A DNA stretch of 64,000 nucleotides, taken from positions 15,748,001 to 15,812,000 of the forward strand of contig OZ024766.1 in NCBI GenBank assembly GCA_964016885.1, in the 5' to 3' direction. This document shows positions 10,713 to 25,653 of this stretch, piece after piece (positions within the stretch are counted from its first letter, which is position 1; each line of letters starts with the position of its first letter). Made by a program: the position numbers and the translations under genes. Under the pieces are notes generated by a model that was not told the DNA's origin, did no database searches, and saw only the letters and a program-made list of their open reading frames with translations. The DNA is from Eledone cirrhosa. Taxonomy: Eukaryota.

Positions 10713-11305
10713 TAACTTTAATTAATCTAATTATATCTTGTGTAACAATTATATATATATACACACACACAATTTTAATTCCCCGACATCAGTCTTACAC
10801 TGTCATATCTATTCTTACTTTACAATTGTGTCTACTAAGAGTTCCATTACAATCTGTAGTAGTAAAACTACTATTTCACCAGAACATCTGCTATCAGTCA
10901 TTTATAGACAATATATATATTTTAGACCACATATCAACCTAATATATATATATTTCCTATCTAATCTGTAGCTAAAGACATAAAGTCAGCCTCACTACTT
11001 CATTCTGACAAGATATCAATTTATGACTAAAGATGAAGAAGATACACCAACGTTAATGTCGTGAAATAAAGCTGATAACATTGAAACTTCTAATTTGATA
11101 ACAAAGAGATTATTTCTTTGGTTGTTTAGTAACAACTAACAACACAATACATTGATTATATGTGAAGGAGGTAAGTTGACAAAGATTTACTTAATGTCTA
11201 TATTAATGTGTGTAAATAATATAATTATGTGACCCCTACAACGCACCAGTAATTAACCAGATTCCACTGTTACATGTGATATAAAATATATTGTTATCAT
11301 GATTC

Positions 11306-11643
11306 TTTATTATTTAAATTACCTCCGTCTATTTAATTATCTTGTTCACTACCTTACATTATAAAATATAGTTTATATTTAGCTGTACCTTGTTGTTGTT
11401 TGAAGTAAATTAAAGATATATTTATTATTTAAATTACCTCCGTCTATTTAATTATCTTGTTCACTACCTTGCATTATAAAATACAGTTTATATTTAGCTG
11501 TACCTTGTCATTGCTTTAAGTAAATTAAAGATATATTTATTATTTAAATTACCTCCGTCTATTTAATTATGTGGTTCACTACCTTACATTATAAAATATA
11601 GTTTATATTTAGCTGTACCTTGTTGTTGCTTTAAGTAAATTAA
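11306..11643. repeat. 115-bp AT-rich intronic VNTR (3 copies; 2 at ~19503-19725, 6 at ~37511-38193, 5 at ~53176-53738)
   Basis: ACCTCCGTCT marker at 11321, 11436, 11551; and at 37526, 37641, 37756, 37871, 37986, 38101. Confidence 0.92.
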
Positions 11644-11955
11644 TATTTTGTGGATTTTAGTCTAAACCTCTTACAATTTAATTAACTTCATCTACTTATG
11701 GTTGAACATTACTTTATTGTGTGTTTCATTTCATTATAATTATGTCTGAGTTAGCCAGCCAAGTAGAGGTTGAGTATCTGTATTTCAGGGCACTGCTTTG
11801 ATGGTGAAGGGACATCTGTTGGTGTGGGATCTCGGTGGCTGTACATACTAAGGTTCTAATACTCTAAAGAGCTAGCTGAATAACCGTCTGATACATGTCT
11901 TGTATACAGGATCATAAAGCCATGTATAGAAGAGCAGTCAGGATTAACATTCATA

Positions 11956-12132
11956 GTGAAGTGGCAGCATCGGTAGAGAGTCGGACACCATGCTTTGAGG
12001 CACAGAGTTACGTCCCTTTGTGATCTGAGTTCACATCCAGCCGAGGTTAACTTTGCCTTACATCCATACAGGGTCGATAAAATAAAGTACCAGTAATGTA
12101 CTGGCCTTGTGTTTAAAATAGAAACAATTATA
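11956..12132 (+). mobile_element. tRNA-derived SINE with Meta-like domain (also ~20048-20235, ~38516-38703, ~54061-54248)
   Basis: A box TGGCAG(C/T)ATCGG, B box GAGTTCA(A/C)ATCC, then GCCGAGGTTAACTTTGCCTTACATCCATAC.GGGTCGATAAAATAAAGTACCAGT. Confidence 0.75.
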
Positions 12133-12229
12133 GTGAATAATTTGGAGTGTAGTCTGGTGTCCACCAGGGCTCTGTTCTTAGCCCTCACTTAGTTATTATC
12201 GTCCTGCAGCCTATAACAGAGATGTTTAA

Positions 12230-12815
12230 GACTGGCTGCCCATGGTAACTCCTGTATGCCCAGCAGGTCCTGAAGAATGCGATCATGTGCATTTTCCAGG
12301 TCTATAAAACGATAATATATACCTCTTAGCAATACTCCCACGATTTCTCAAAGACGTGCCACAGTGAGAATATTTGGTGGGTTATGTTGCACCCAGGGAG
12401 AAAACAGCACTGTCCATCAGCTAGCTTCGACTCGCTACATCACTTTGCCAGAAACTTAGCATATACTTTACCATGGAGTCTTAACAAGGTGATCCCTCTC
12501 TATTTGGAACAATCTCTCGTGTCTCCCTTTTTATAAATTGGGATTATTACTCCCGAGTGCCATTTCAGAGACCCAGGCCACCTGACACACATGAGTCGGT
12601 CACATTTGAGCTCTTTAATTGCTCTTGTGACCTCAGCCTCCGAGAGATTAGTCACCGCTATCAGATTCACCTCATGTACATCCGAAGATGCTGTTGTGAT
12701 CGGGTTTGGGAGATCAGCAAAGTATTCTCTCCACCTCATGAGGATCCATCTCTCTGAAGAGAAAAGAACCCCAGATGCACTCATGGTTGCAGGTGTGGAG
12801 GAAGATTTCTTGTAA
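12230..12815 (-). mobile_element. Old RTE-like LINE ORF fragment, linker and RT N-terminus (also ~20330-20933, ~38800-39401, ~54345-54944)
   Basis: RWREYFADL, EAEVTRAIKELK, GVIIPIYKKGDTRDCSK followed by RGITLLRL..KVYAK; frameshifted. Confidence 0.8.
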
Positions 12816-12972
12816 CTAATTAAAAATTAAAATAATTTCATTTTTCAATAAAAAGTTTCCAGGGTTTATAGATGTGAAATTTCCACTGTTTAATCTATCT
12901 CTGCTTCTTAAGTATTCTCTATTATCTCATACTGTTTCTTTTTCATTTCAGAATATCAGATGACATTGGGAT

Positions 12973-13206
12973 AAATTATTATTTTCAATCTTGGATACAT
13001 CACCTCTATTTATCATCATTTGAAGATTAAAACTTTTTAAACGGAACTTATATAACACTGTTTATATAAATCTATCAGAATTACTGTGAAAATTATTATT
13101 TTCAATGTTGGATACATCACCTTTATTTATCATCATTTGAAGATTAAAACTTTTTAAACAGAACTTATATAACACTGTTTATACAAATCTATCAGAATTA
13201 CTGTGA
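12973..13206. repeat. 117-bp tandem duplication in the predicted 5' UTR, private to gene 1
   Basis: TTGGATACATCACC at 12991 and 13108; single copy in the other three genes. Confidence 0.9.
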
Positions 13207-13406
13207 TATATTTCCTCAGAACTGAGTTTAAAGACAAAATTTCTTTTCTTCACTGTGTGGTGTATATATGAGAGATATATTTTGTATTTTAACTCAACTT
13301 CAATGACAAAGAAGTTTGCATCATCTTCAGGTATTAACTGAGATCATAATTGAGGGAAATATAACAAAAGAAATATTTTTTAGGAATATAATATGAAAAA
13401 TATTAA

Positions 13407-14558
<1,152 letters not shown>

Positions 14559-15075
14559 CAAAGTCATATCTCATTGTCTCAAAATTGTAAATTAATTTGA
14601 CACAAATACATTCATATGAGTGAGAAGCTATACCACCGTGATATTGTGGAGAAATTATTCTCTTGTATTGCTACATTAACTACATACAAACATAAATATC
14701 TACTGAAGAAAAGCCATATCACTGTGATATCTGTGGAAATTGTTATCTATAAAAGCTAGCTTAACTAGACACAAACATATATATACAGGAGAGAAACTAT
14801 ATCACTGTGATATCTGTGGGAAATCATTCTCTGAAATAAGTCACTTCACTCAGCACTAACATTTACAGAAAAGGAACCATATCATTGTGATATCTGCAGT
14901 AAATCATTCTCTAAATGTGGCTTCACTAGACACTAACATATACAGGAGAGGAACTATATCACTGTGATGTCTGGTAAATCCTTCTCTAAATGTTGAGAAT
15001 TCCCTACACACTAACATATACAGGAGAGGAACCATATCACTGTGTTGTCTGTGGTAAATCATTTTCTAAATGTTG
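14559..15075 (+). pseudogene. ~6 decayed zinc-finger relics in the 3' UTR (equivalents 23142-23740, 56823-57340; shortened at ~41450-41565)
   Basis: Recurrent CCATATCACTGTGATATCTGTGG / ACATATACAGGAGAG.AACC motifs with stops and indels. Confidence 0.85.
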
Positions 15076-15178
15076 TGGTACCAACATAAGGTTACTTAAT
15101 GTAACAGAAACACAATCAGACAAGATAAAAACCATATCACTCACCCAAAATAGTGCCACCAATGTTGTTAATGTTTTG

Positions 15179-15184
15179 AATAAA
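15179..15184 (+). terminator. Candidate polyadenylation signal AATAAA (also 23843, 41665, 57445)
   Basis: Conserved in all four genes, followed by T/GT-rich sequence. Confidence 0.5.
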
Positions 15185-15519
15185 ACTTGTTTGTTCTGAA
15201 ATTATTCTCCTTTCATTTTATTAGTAGAAGTTGTAACCAAGACTTATGCTGACAAATCTGTATGGTACAGAATTTACAAACACTGTATATATATATATAT
15301 ATGTGCCAAAACATCTATGATCTCGGTTTACAGCTGATGAAGGGTTTATTTTCTCCTTTCATCCATATTACCATCTCAAACTTTGTTTACAGTAACCACA
15401 CAGCTCCTTTCGTTTCTTAGAATTTTATATATATATATATAACAAAGGAAGTGTGGTAAAGAACCAGATGGACCATATACACACCAGAGTACTCAATACT
15501 TAGGGTAGTAGAGCGGGTA

Positions 15520-15642
15520 ATAGGAAAATGTTTAACCCCGACGGCAGAGCTCAAACCGTTTCGACGGCTATTTCTGGAAACAGTCCAGACATAACCGTCG
15601 AAATGGCTTGAGCTCTGCCGTCAGGGTTAAAGATTTGCCTAT
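15520..15642. repeat. ~123-bp fold-back palindrome (MITE-like); copies at 24192-24314, 43213-43335, 57782-57904
   Basis: ATAGGAAAATGTTTAACCCCGACGGCAGAGCTCAA ... TTGAGCTCTGCCGTC(A/G)GGGTTAAA.ATTT.CCTAT, ~59-bp arms, 5-nt loop. Confidence 0.88.
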
Positions 15643-15958
15643 ATATATATATGTATGAGTGTATATTTCAGTGTGTAGAAATTTCTGTCCATGAAAATGA
15701 TTATCTTTATTTGTGTATATGTGTGTGTGTATATGTATATGTATGTTTATATGTGTTCTTATATACATGTGTGCACATCTTGAAATATTTTCAGTGTCTG
15801 TTCTAGTTCTCAGAGTACAAATCCCACTGAGGTAAAGTTGCTTCGATATTTTGAGGTCAATAAATGAAATACCAGTGAAATACTGGGGTGGTTAATTCCT
15901 CTTCTTTGTCATTGTCTGTTTGTCTACTCTTCTCTTTCTCTGTATTTATATATATATA

Positions 15959-16154
15959 TCCAAAATTAAGATAAATTAAAATAAAATTAATGTAAATCAA
16001 ATTATGGGAGTCATGCCAGAAAGACATGTGACATATCACCCGTAAAATAAGCTCCATGGAGCTTATTTTATGGGTGATATGGTGCATGTCTTTCTGGCAT
16101 TACACCCATAATTTGATTTAGATTAATTTTATTTTAATTTATCTTAATTTTGGA
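15959..16154. mobile_element. ~196-bp spacer-less palindrome (MITE-like) inserted in (TA)n; copies at 24639-24828, 43654-43826, 47692-47881, 58214-58409
   Basis: TCCAAAATTAAGATAAAT ... ATTTATCTTAATTTTGGA, symmetric about AAGCTCCA|TGGAGCTT; (TA)n on both sides. Confidence 0.88.
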
Positions 16155-16609
16155 TATATATATATATAAATAGGGCCTCTTAATTGTAGAGCTAACTCTG
16201 TTGAAAGGACCTGACTGCTGTTTCTAGTTGTCAATAACCCTATTCACGCAACTGGGACGAAGCTGGTATGATGTGTGTATTTTTAGTAGATACAGCACGT
16301 GTTACTGGTCAGTCGCTGATTTGAACTTGATGCGTAAACACAGATGGTTGGACTTCTTCCTTGTTGAGAATCCAAGATCTGGCTACTGTCGTTTACCAAT
16401 CGATTAATTGGTGAAATATATTTCTTTAATGGAATATATACAAGGAAGATTAATCATTTTCTAAGGTATCTATTTTTGAAGTTCTAGTTAAATTTATTTT
16501 GTTACCTACCTAGCTATGTGTGCTTACACACTTTTACAAATTATCCCCTGTGATTGTTTCATATGTTTATTTATATGTCAATCAATTTCTAGTTGATACA
16601 TATATATAT

Positions 16610-18072
16610 CCATGGCTGTCTTATTTAACTGACTACTCCAGTGACTGCTCCTTCTAGTCTCTTCTTCCAATGTCAGTTCTCATACAGGTGTCCATGGCTG
16701 TCTTATTTAACTGGCTACTCCAGTGACTGCCCCTTCTAGTCTCTTCTTCCAATGTCAGTTGTCATACAGGTGTCCATGGCTGTCTTATTTAACTGGCTAC
16801 TCCAGTGACTGCTCCATCTAGTCCCTTCTTCCAATGTTAGTTGTCATACAGGTGTCCATGGCTGTCTTATTTAACTAGCTACTCCAGTGACTGCTCCTTC
16901 TAGTCCCTTCTTCCAATGTCAGTTGTCATACAGGTGTCCATGGCCATATTATTTAACTGGCTACTCCAGTGTCTGCTCCTTCTAGTCCCTTCTTCCAATG
17001 TCAATTGTCATACAGGTGTCCATGGCTGTCTTATTTAACTGGCTACTCCAGTGACTGCTCCTTCTAGTCTCTTCTTCCAATGTCAGTTGTCATACAGGTG
17101 TCCATGGCTGTCTTATATAACTAGCTACTCCAGTGACTACTCCTAGTCTCTTCCAATGTCAGTTGTCATACAGGAGTCCATGGCTGTCTTATTTAACTGG
17201 CTACTCCAGTGACTGCTCCTTCTAGTCCCTTCTTCCAATCTCAGTTGTCATACAGAAGTCCATGGCTGTCTTATTTAACTGGCTACTCCAGTGACTGCTC
17301 CTTCTAGTCCCTTCTTACATTGTTAGTTGTCATACATGTGTCCATGGCTGTCTTATTTAACTGGCTACTCCAGTGACTGCCCCTTCTAGTCTCTTCTTCC
17401 AATGTCAGTTGTCATACAGGAGTCCATGGCTGTCTTGTTTAACTGGCTACTCCAGTGACTGCTCCTTTTAGTCCCTTCTTCCAATGTCAGTTGTCATACA
17501 GGAGTCCATGGCTATCTTATTTAACTGGCTATTCCAGTGATTGCTCCTAGTCCCTTCTTCCAATGTCAGTTGTCATACAGGTGTCCATGGCTGTCTTATT
17601 TAACTGGCTACTCCAGTGACTGCTCCTTCTAGTCCCTTCTGCCAATGTCAGTTGTCATACAGAAGTTCATGGCTGTCTTATTTAACTGGCTACTCCAGTG
17701 ACTGCTCCTTCTAGTCTCTTCTTCCAATGTCAGTTGTCATACAGGAGTCCATGGCTGTCTTATTTAACTGGCTACTCCAGTGACTGCTCCTTCTAGTCTC
17801 TTCTTCCAATGTCAGTTGTCATACAGGAGTCCATGGCTGTCTTATTTAACTGGCTACTCCAGTGACTGCTCCTTCTAGTCTCTTCTTCCAATGTCAGTTG
17901 TCATACAGAAGTTCATGGCTGTCTTATTTAACTGGCTACTCCAGTGACTGCTCCTTCTAGTCTCTTCTTCCAATCTCAGTTGTCATACAGAAGTCCATGG
18001 CTGTCTTATTTAACTGGCTACTCCAGTGACTGCTCCTTCTAGTCTCTTCTTCCAATATCAATTGCCATGCAG
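16610..18072. repeat. 82-bp satellite array 2 (~18 copies)
   Basis: CATGG at 16611, 16693 ...; joined directly to (TA)n on the left. Confidence 0.96.
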
Positions 18073-18480
18073 AATTTGATGTTCTTTAGATGCTTCTTGT
18101 TATTTGCTGCACTCTTCCACCAAATCACCTGAGATCCTCAATTGACGTTGGTCCTTGAACAATATGCAGAAGTGGCTGTAAATAAAAACTCTCTCTGTTG
18201 TTGGGGTGGTCATTGTAAACATGCCCAATAGCATCACTTGCCTTGACTTCATCACCTTCCACTAAATGACCCTGCTTCCTTTGATTCCAAGTCTTACAAT
18301 TGGTCCAGGTGTAGTATTTTGGGATGTCAGCATATAGGAGGGATCGAAGAAATTCTTTATTCTGGCAGGGTTTCAAAAAAGCAGTTAGAGTAGTGTCAGG
18401 TGGTGCTGGTGTCAACTGATGAGCAGTGGTTTCAGTGAAGTACACACTCTGTCCATTTTCTATATGTATAGAGATAAGGA
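18060..18480 (-). mobile_element. Helitron RepHel fragment (upstream part only)
   Basis: ORF 18125-18490 nearly identical to 10004-10369. Confidence 0.85.
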
Positions 18481-21443
18481 TGAAAAGCAAAGTTAATCCC
18501 TCAGAGGTTAGCTTTGCCTTTCATCCCTACGGGTTCGATAAAATAAAGTACCAGTAGTGTACTGGGGTATTGCTGGCCTTGTGCCTAATGTAGAAACAAT
18601 TATTACGGGGTCGATAAAATAAAGTACCAGTAATTCACTACCGTATTTACTGGCCTTGTGCCTAAAGTAGAAACAATTATTACGGGGTCGATAAAATAAA
18701 GTACCAGTAATACACTAGGGTAATTGCTGGCCTTGTGCCAAAAGTAGAAACAATTATCACATTTCTTTTTAATAAATCACATCACTATAGAATTAAATAC
18801 GACTGGAAACGTGTGTGAAGGTACTAAATTATGTCAGGGACTTGTCACGTTTGACACCGCACGAGAGTCGAAACGTTCGCTAAGACACCGAGTACCTGCT
18901 GTCTTCGTTATAACTTTAATTAATCTAATTATATCTTGTGTAACAATTATATATATATATACACACACACAATATTAATTCCCCGACATCAGTCTTACAC
19001 TGTCATATATATTCTTACTTTACAATTGTGTCTACTAAGAGTTCCATTACAATCTAGTAAAACTACTATTTCACCAGAACATCTGCTCTCAGTCATTTAT
19101 AGACAATATATATATTTTAGACCACATATCAACCTAATATATATATATTTCCTATCAAATCTGTAGCTAAAAACATAAAGTCAGTCTCACTACTTCATTC
19201 TGACAAGATATCAATTTATGACTAAAGATGAAGAAGATACACCAACGTTAATGTCGTGAAATAAAGCTGATAACATTGAAACTTCTAATTTGATAACAAA
19301 GAGATTATTTCTTTGGTTGTTTAGTAACAACTAACAACACAATACATTGATTATATGTGAAGGAGGTAAGTTGACAAAGATTTACTTAATGTCTATATTA
19401 ATGTGTGTAAATAATATAATTATGTGAACCTTACAACGATTCAGTAATTAACTAGATTCCACTGTTACATGTGATATAAAATATATTGTTATCATGACTG
19501 TCTTTATTATTTAAATTACCTCCGTCTATTTAATTATCTTGTTCACTACCTTACATTATAAAATATAGTTTATATTTAGCTATACCTTGTTATTGCTTTA
19601 AGTAAATTAAAGATATCTTTATTATTTAAATTACCTCCGTCTATTTAATTATGTGGTTCACTACCTTACATTATAAAATATATTTTATATTTAGCTGTAC
19701 CGTGTTGTTGCTTTAAGTAAATTAATATTTTGTCTATTTTAGTCTAAATCTCTTACAATTTAATTAACTTCATCTACTTATGGTTGAACATTACTTTATT
19801 GTGGGTTTCATTTCATTATAATTATGTCTGATTAGCCAGCCAAGTAGGGGTTGAGTATCTGTATTTCAGGGAACTGCTTTGATGGTGAAGGGACATCTGT
19901 TGGTGTGGGATCTCGGTGGCTGTACATAATAAGGTTCTAATACTCTAAAGAGCTAGCTGAATAACCGCCTGATACATGTCTTGTATAGAGGATCATAAAG
20001 CCATGTATAGAAGAGCAGTCAGCAATGTCAGGATTAACATTCATTATAGTGAAGTGGCAGTATCGGTAGAGAGTCGGACACCATGCTTTGAGGCACAGAG
20101 TTACGTCCCATTATGATCTGAGTTCAAATCCCGCCGAGGTTAACTTTGCCTTACATCCATACGGGGTCGATAAAATAAAGTACCAGTAATGTACTGGGTA
20201 ATTGCTGGCCTTGTGTTTAAAATAGAAACAATTATAGTGAATAATTTGGAGTGTAGTCTGGTGTCCACCAGGGCTCTGTTCTTAGCCCTCACTTAGTTAT
20301 TATCGTCCTGCAGCCTATAACAGAGATGTTTAAGACTGGCTGCCCATGGGAACTCCTGTATGCTCAGCAGGTCCTGAAGAATGCGATCATGTGCATTTTC
20401 AAGGTCTATAAAACAATAATATATACCTCTTAGCAATACTCCCACGATTTCTCAAAGACCTGCCACAGTGTGAATATTTGGTAGGTTATGTTGCACCCAG
20501 GGAGAAAACAGCACTGTCCATCAGCTAGCTTGGACTCGCTACATCACTTTGCCAGAAACTTTGCATATACTTTACCAGGGAGTCTTAACAAGGTGATCCC
20601 TCTCTATTTGGAACAATCTCTCGTGTGTCCCTTTTTATAAATTGGGATTATCACTCCCGATTGCCTTTGCTTGAGTGCCATTTCAGAGACCCAGGCCATC
20701 TGACACACATGAGTCGGTCACATTTGAGCTCTTTAATTGCTCTTGTGACCTCAGCCTCCGAGAGATTAGTCACCGCTATCAGATTCACCTCATGTACATC
20801 CGAAGATGCTGTTGTGATCGGGTTTGGGAGATCAGCAAAGTATTCTCTCCACCTCATGAGGATCCATCTCTCTGAAGAGAAAAGAACCCCAGATACACTC
20901 ATGGTTGCAGGTGTGGAGAAAGATTTCTTGTAACTAATTAAAAACTAAAATAATTTGATTTTTCAATAAAAAGTTTCCAGGGTTTATAGATGTAAAATTT
21001 CCACTGTTAAATCTATCTCTGCTTCTTAAGTATTCTCTATTATTTCATACTGTTTCTTTTTCATTTCAGAATATCAGATGACATTAGGATAAATTATTAT
21101 TTTCAATCTTGGATACATCACCTCTATTTATCATCATTTGAAGATTAAAACTTTTTAAACAGAACTTATATAACACTGTTTATATAAATCTATCAGAATT
21201 ACTGTGATATATTTCCTCAGAACTGAGTTTAAAGACAAAATTCCTTTTCTTCACTGTGTGGTATATATATATGAGAGATATATTTTGTATTTTAACTCAG
21301 CTTCAATGACAAAGAAGTTTGCATCATCTTCAGGTATTAACTGAGATCATAATTGAGGGAAATATAACAGAAATATTATTTTTTAGGAAAAAAAATATTA
21401 AAGAGTAACATCTGTAAATTCTGCCAAGGGTAGAAGAATTATT

Positions 21444-23141
21444 ATGGAAAATAAATTGAGTGAAAAGAAGATTAAATGTGAAACAATGTCTAAAGATATG
21501 GCTATTCCAGAAGAGATGTTAAAGGATAGAGGAGAGAAGCCATATCACTGTGATGTTTGCGGTAAATCATTCTCTGAAAGTAGTAAGTTAACTAGTCACA
21601 AACGTATACATACAGTAGAGAAGCCATATCACTGTGATATCTGTGGTGAATCATTCTCTCAAAGTAGTACCTTAACTAGCCACAAACGTACACATACAGG
21701 AGAGAAGCCATATCACTGTGATATCTGTGGTAAATCATTCTTTGTTAATGGTGAATTAACTAGACACAAACATACACATACAGGTGAGAAGCCATATCAC
21801 TGTGATATCTGTGGTGAATCATTCTCTCAAAGTAGTACCTTAACTAGCCACAAACGTACACATACAGGAGAGAAGCCATATCACTGTGATATCTGTGGTA
21901 AATCATTCTCTGGAAGTGGTCATTTAAATAGCCACATGCGTATACATACAGGTGAGAAGCCATATCACTGTGATATCTGTAGTAAATCATTCTCTTTTAG
22001 GAGTAATTTAACTAGCCACGTGCGTATACATATAGGTGACAAACCATATCACTGTGATATCTGTGGTAAATCATTCTCTCGAAGTAGTATATTAACTTGT
22101 CACATCCGTACCCATACAGGTGATAAGCCATATCACTGTGATGTCTGTGGTAAATCATTCTCTCACAGTGATACCTTAACTAGCCACGTACGTACCCATA
22201 CAGGAGACAAACCATATAACTGTGATATCTGTGGTAAATCATTCTCTAAAAGTAGTATATTAACTAACCACATGCTTATACATATAGGTGAGAAACCATA
22301 TTGCTGTGATATCTGTGGTAAATCATTCTTTGTTAATAGTGAATTAACTAGACACAAACGTACACATACAGGTGAGAAGCCATATCACTGTGATATTTGT
22401 GGTAAATCATTCTCTGAAAGTGGTAGCTTAACTAGACACAAACGTATACATACAGGAGAGAAACCATATCACTGTGATATCTGTGGTAAATCATTCTCTC
22501 GAAGTAGTCATTTAACTACACACAAACATATACATACAGGAGAGAAGCCATATCACTGTGATATCTGTGGTAAATCATTCTCTTTTAGTAGTAATTTAAC
22601 TTCTCACATACGTACTCATACAGGAGACAAGCCTTATCACTGTGATATCTGTGGTAAATCATTCTTTGTTAATAGTAATTTAACTAGTCACAAAAGTATA
22701 CATACAGGAGAGAAACCATATCGCTGTGATATCTGTGGTCAATCATTCTCTCTAAGTAGTATATTAACTTATCACATCCGTACCCATACAGGTGACAAGC
22801 CATATCACTGTGATATCTGTGGTAAATCATTCTCTAGAAGTGGTAACTTAACTACACACAAACGTATACATACAGTAGAGAAACCATATCACTGTGATAT
22901 CTGTGGTAAATCATTCTCTTTTAGTAGTAATATAAATTCTCACATACGTACTCATACAGGAGAGAAGCCATATCATTGTCATATCTGTGGTAAATCATTC
23001 TCTCGAAGAAGTTACTTAACTCAGCACTTACGTATCCATACAGGTGAGAAGCCACATCACTGTGATATCTGTGGTAAATCATTCTCTCAATTAAGTAGTT
23101 TAACTAAACACAAATTTACCCATACAGGTAAGAAACCATAA
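21444..23141 (+). CDS. C2H2 zinc-finger protein 2, 565 aa, 19 tandem fingers
   Basis: Intact ORF; same leader and same terminal [16 protein letters not shown] finger as gene 1. Confidence 0.94.
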   Translation: MENKLSEKKIKCETMSKDMAIPEEMLKDRGEKPYHCDVCGKSFSESSKLTSHKRIHTVEKPYHCDICGESFSQSSTLTSHKRTHTGEKPYHCDICGKSFFVNGELTRHKHTHTGEKPYHCDICGESFSQSSTLTSHKRTHTGEKPYHCDICGKSFSGSGHLNSHMRIHTGEKPYHCDICSKSFSFRSNLTSHVRIHIGDKPYHCDICGKSFSRSSILTCHIRTHTGDKPYHCDVCGKSFSHSDTLTSHVRTHTGDKPYNCDICGKSFSKSSILTNHMLIHIGEKPYCCDICGKSFFVNSELTRHKRTHTGEKPYHCDICGKSFSESGSLTRHKRIHTGEKPYHCDICGKSFSRSSHLTTHKHIHTGEKPYHCDICGKSFSFSSNLTSHIRTHTGDKPYHCDICGKSFFVNSNLTSHKSIHTGEKPYRCDICGQSFSLSSILTYHIRTHTGDKPYHCDICGKSFSRSGNLTTHKRIHTVEKPYHCDICGKSFSFSSNINSHIRTHTGEKPYHCHICGKSFSRRSYLTQHLRIHTGEKPHHCDICGKSFSQLSSLTKHKFTHTGKKP

Positions 23142-23278
23142 CAAAGTCATATCTCATTGTCTCAAAATTGTAAATTAATTAGACACAAATACATTCATAT
23201 GAGTGAGAAGTCATACAACTGTGATATTGCGGAGAAATTATTCTCTTGTATTGCTACATTAACTACATACAAACATAA

Positions 23279-23413
<135 letters not shown>

Positions 23414-25268
23414 TGAAATAAGTCACTTCACTCAGCACTAACATTTAAAGAAAAGGAACCATATCGTTGTGATATCTGCAGTAAATCATTCTCTAAATGT
23501 TGTGGCTTCCCTACAAACTAGCATATACAGGAGAGGAACCATATCACTGTGATATCTGCAGTAAATCGTTCTCTAAATGTGGCTTCACTAGACACTAACA
23601 TATACAGGAGAGGAACCATATCACTGTGATGTCTGTGATAAATCCTTCTCTAAATGTTGTGACTTTACTAGACACTAACATATACAGGAGAGGAACAATA
23701 TCACTGTGTTGTCTGTGGTAAATCATTTTCTAAATGTTGTGGTACCAACATAAGGTTACTTAATGGAACACAAACACAATCAGACAAGATAAAAACCATG
23801 TCACTCACCCAAAATAGTGCCACCAATGTTGTTAATGTTTTGAATAAAACTTGTTTGTTCTGAAATTATTCTCCTTTCATTTTATTTGTAGAAGTTGTAA
23901 CCAAGACTTATGCTGACAAATCTGTATGGTACAGAATTTACAAACACTATATATATATATATATATATATATGTGCCAAAACATCTATGATCTCGGTTTA
24001 CAGCTGATGAAGGTTTTCTTCTCTCCTTTCATCCATATTACCATCTTAAACTTTGTTTACAGTAACCACACAACTCCTTTCGTTTCTTATGATTTTATAT
24101 ATATATATATATAACAAAGGAGGTGTGGTAAAGAACCAGATGGACCATATACGCACCAGAGTACTCAATACTTAGGGTAGTAGAGCGGGTAATAGGAAAA
24201 TGTTTAACCCCGACGGCAGAGCTCAATCTGTTTCGACGGCTATTTCTGGAAACAGTCCAGAAATAACCGTCGAAATGGCTTGAGCTCTGCCGTCGGGGTT
24301 AAACATTTTCCTATATATATATATACATATGTATGAGTGTATATGTCAGTGTGTAGAAATTTCTGTCCATGAAAATGACTATCTTTATTTGTGTATATAT
24401 GTATGTGTATATGTATGTGCATGTTTATGTGTTCTTATATACGTGTGTGCACATCTTGATGTATTTTCAGTGTCTGTTCTAGTTCTCAGAGTACAAATCC
24501 CACTGAGGTAAAGTTGCTTCGTTATTTTGAGGTCAATAAATGAAATACCAGTGAAATACTGGGATGTGGGGTTAATTCCTCTTCTTTGTCATTGTCTGTT
24601 TGTCTACTCTTCTCTTTCTCTGTATATATATATATATATCCAAAATTAAGATAAATAAAATTAATCTATATCAAATTATGGGTGTCATGCCAGAAAGACA
24701 GGCGCCATATCACTCGTATAATAAGGTCCATGGAGCTTATTTTATGAGCGATATGGCACCTGTCTTATTGGCATGACACCCATGATACGATTCAGATTAA
24801 TTTCATTTTAATTTATCTTAATTTTGGATATATATATATATAAATAGGGCCTCTTAATTGTAGAGCTAACTCTGTTGAAAGGACCTGACTGCTGTTTCTA
24901 GTTGTCAATAACCCTATTCACGCAATTGGGACGAAGCTGGTATGATGTGTGTATTTTTAGTAGATACAGCACGTGTTACTGGTCAGTCGCTGATTTGAAC
25001 TTGATGCGTAAACACAGATAGTTGGACTTCTTCCTTGTTGAGAATCCAAGATCTGGCTACTGTCGTTTACCAATCGATTAATTGGTGAAATATATTTCTT
25101 TAATGGAATATATACAAGGAAGATTAATCATTTTCTAAGGTATCTATTTTTGAAGTTCTAGTTAAACTTTATTTAGTTACCTACCTAGCTATGTGTGCTT
25201 ACACACATTTACAAATTATCCCCTGTCGTTGTTTCATATGTTTATTTATATGTCAATCAATTTCTAGT

Positions 25269-25302
<34 letters not shown>

Positions 25303-25517
25303 GTGGAAAAGTAAAATATAGCAGAACAGACCGTTAAAAGATGTTTATTTAAAATAGCACCTATGTAATGAAGACATGACAAATTGTCCTCGCTCTCTCT
25401 CTATATATATAGAAAAGGTGAAGTTGGAAATAGCACGGAAAATATATTTTAGGGTCTGTTTTTCTGTTATTTATCTTTTGGTTCGTCAAAGTGACATTAT
25501 TGAAAATATGGGAGGGA

Positions 25518-25653
25518 CATCATTATTCATCATTTCATTTCACGTCCGCATTTTCCCTGCTTGCAAGGGTGGGACAGGAACTGATTGTGGCTTGATTTCT
25601 ACAGATGGATGCCCTTCCTAACGCTAACCTCATTTACAGAGAGTGCTGGGTGC
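25518..25653 (-). mobile_element. SINE/RTE-B tail fragment fused to the Helitron at the cassette junction (also 44527-44665, 49449-49587, 59982-60120)
   Basis: Reverse complement of the 3' end of SINE 48341-48627 (GGATGCCCTTCCTAAC motif, CAT-rich tail). Confidence 0.8.

Larger units (their letters stand above)
11171..12951 (+). other. Predicted 5'-UTR intron of ZNF gene 1 (equivalents 19366-21069, 37374-39537, 53042-55080)
   Basis: Consensus donor GAG|GTAAGT and acceptor TGTTTCTTTTTCATTTCAG| conserved in all four genes; brackets the SINE, LINE and VNTR relics. Confidence 0.65.

Noticed and set aside
14990-15199. 69-aa ORF with a half zinc finger (also 57256-57465)
   Set aside because: Decayed 3'-UTR finger relic lacking the His pair
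15325-15610. Active hammerhead ribozyme
   Set aside because: CTGATGA is present but I could not find a properly placed GAAA with stems; the hairpin has CGAAA but no intact CTGANGA core
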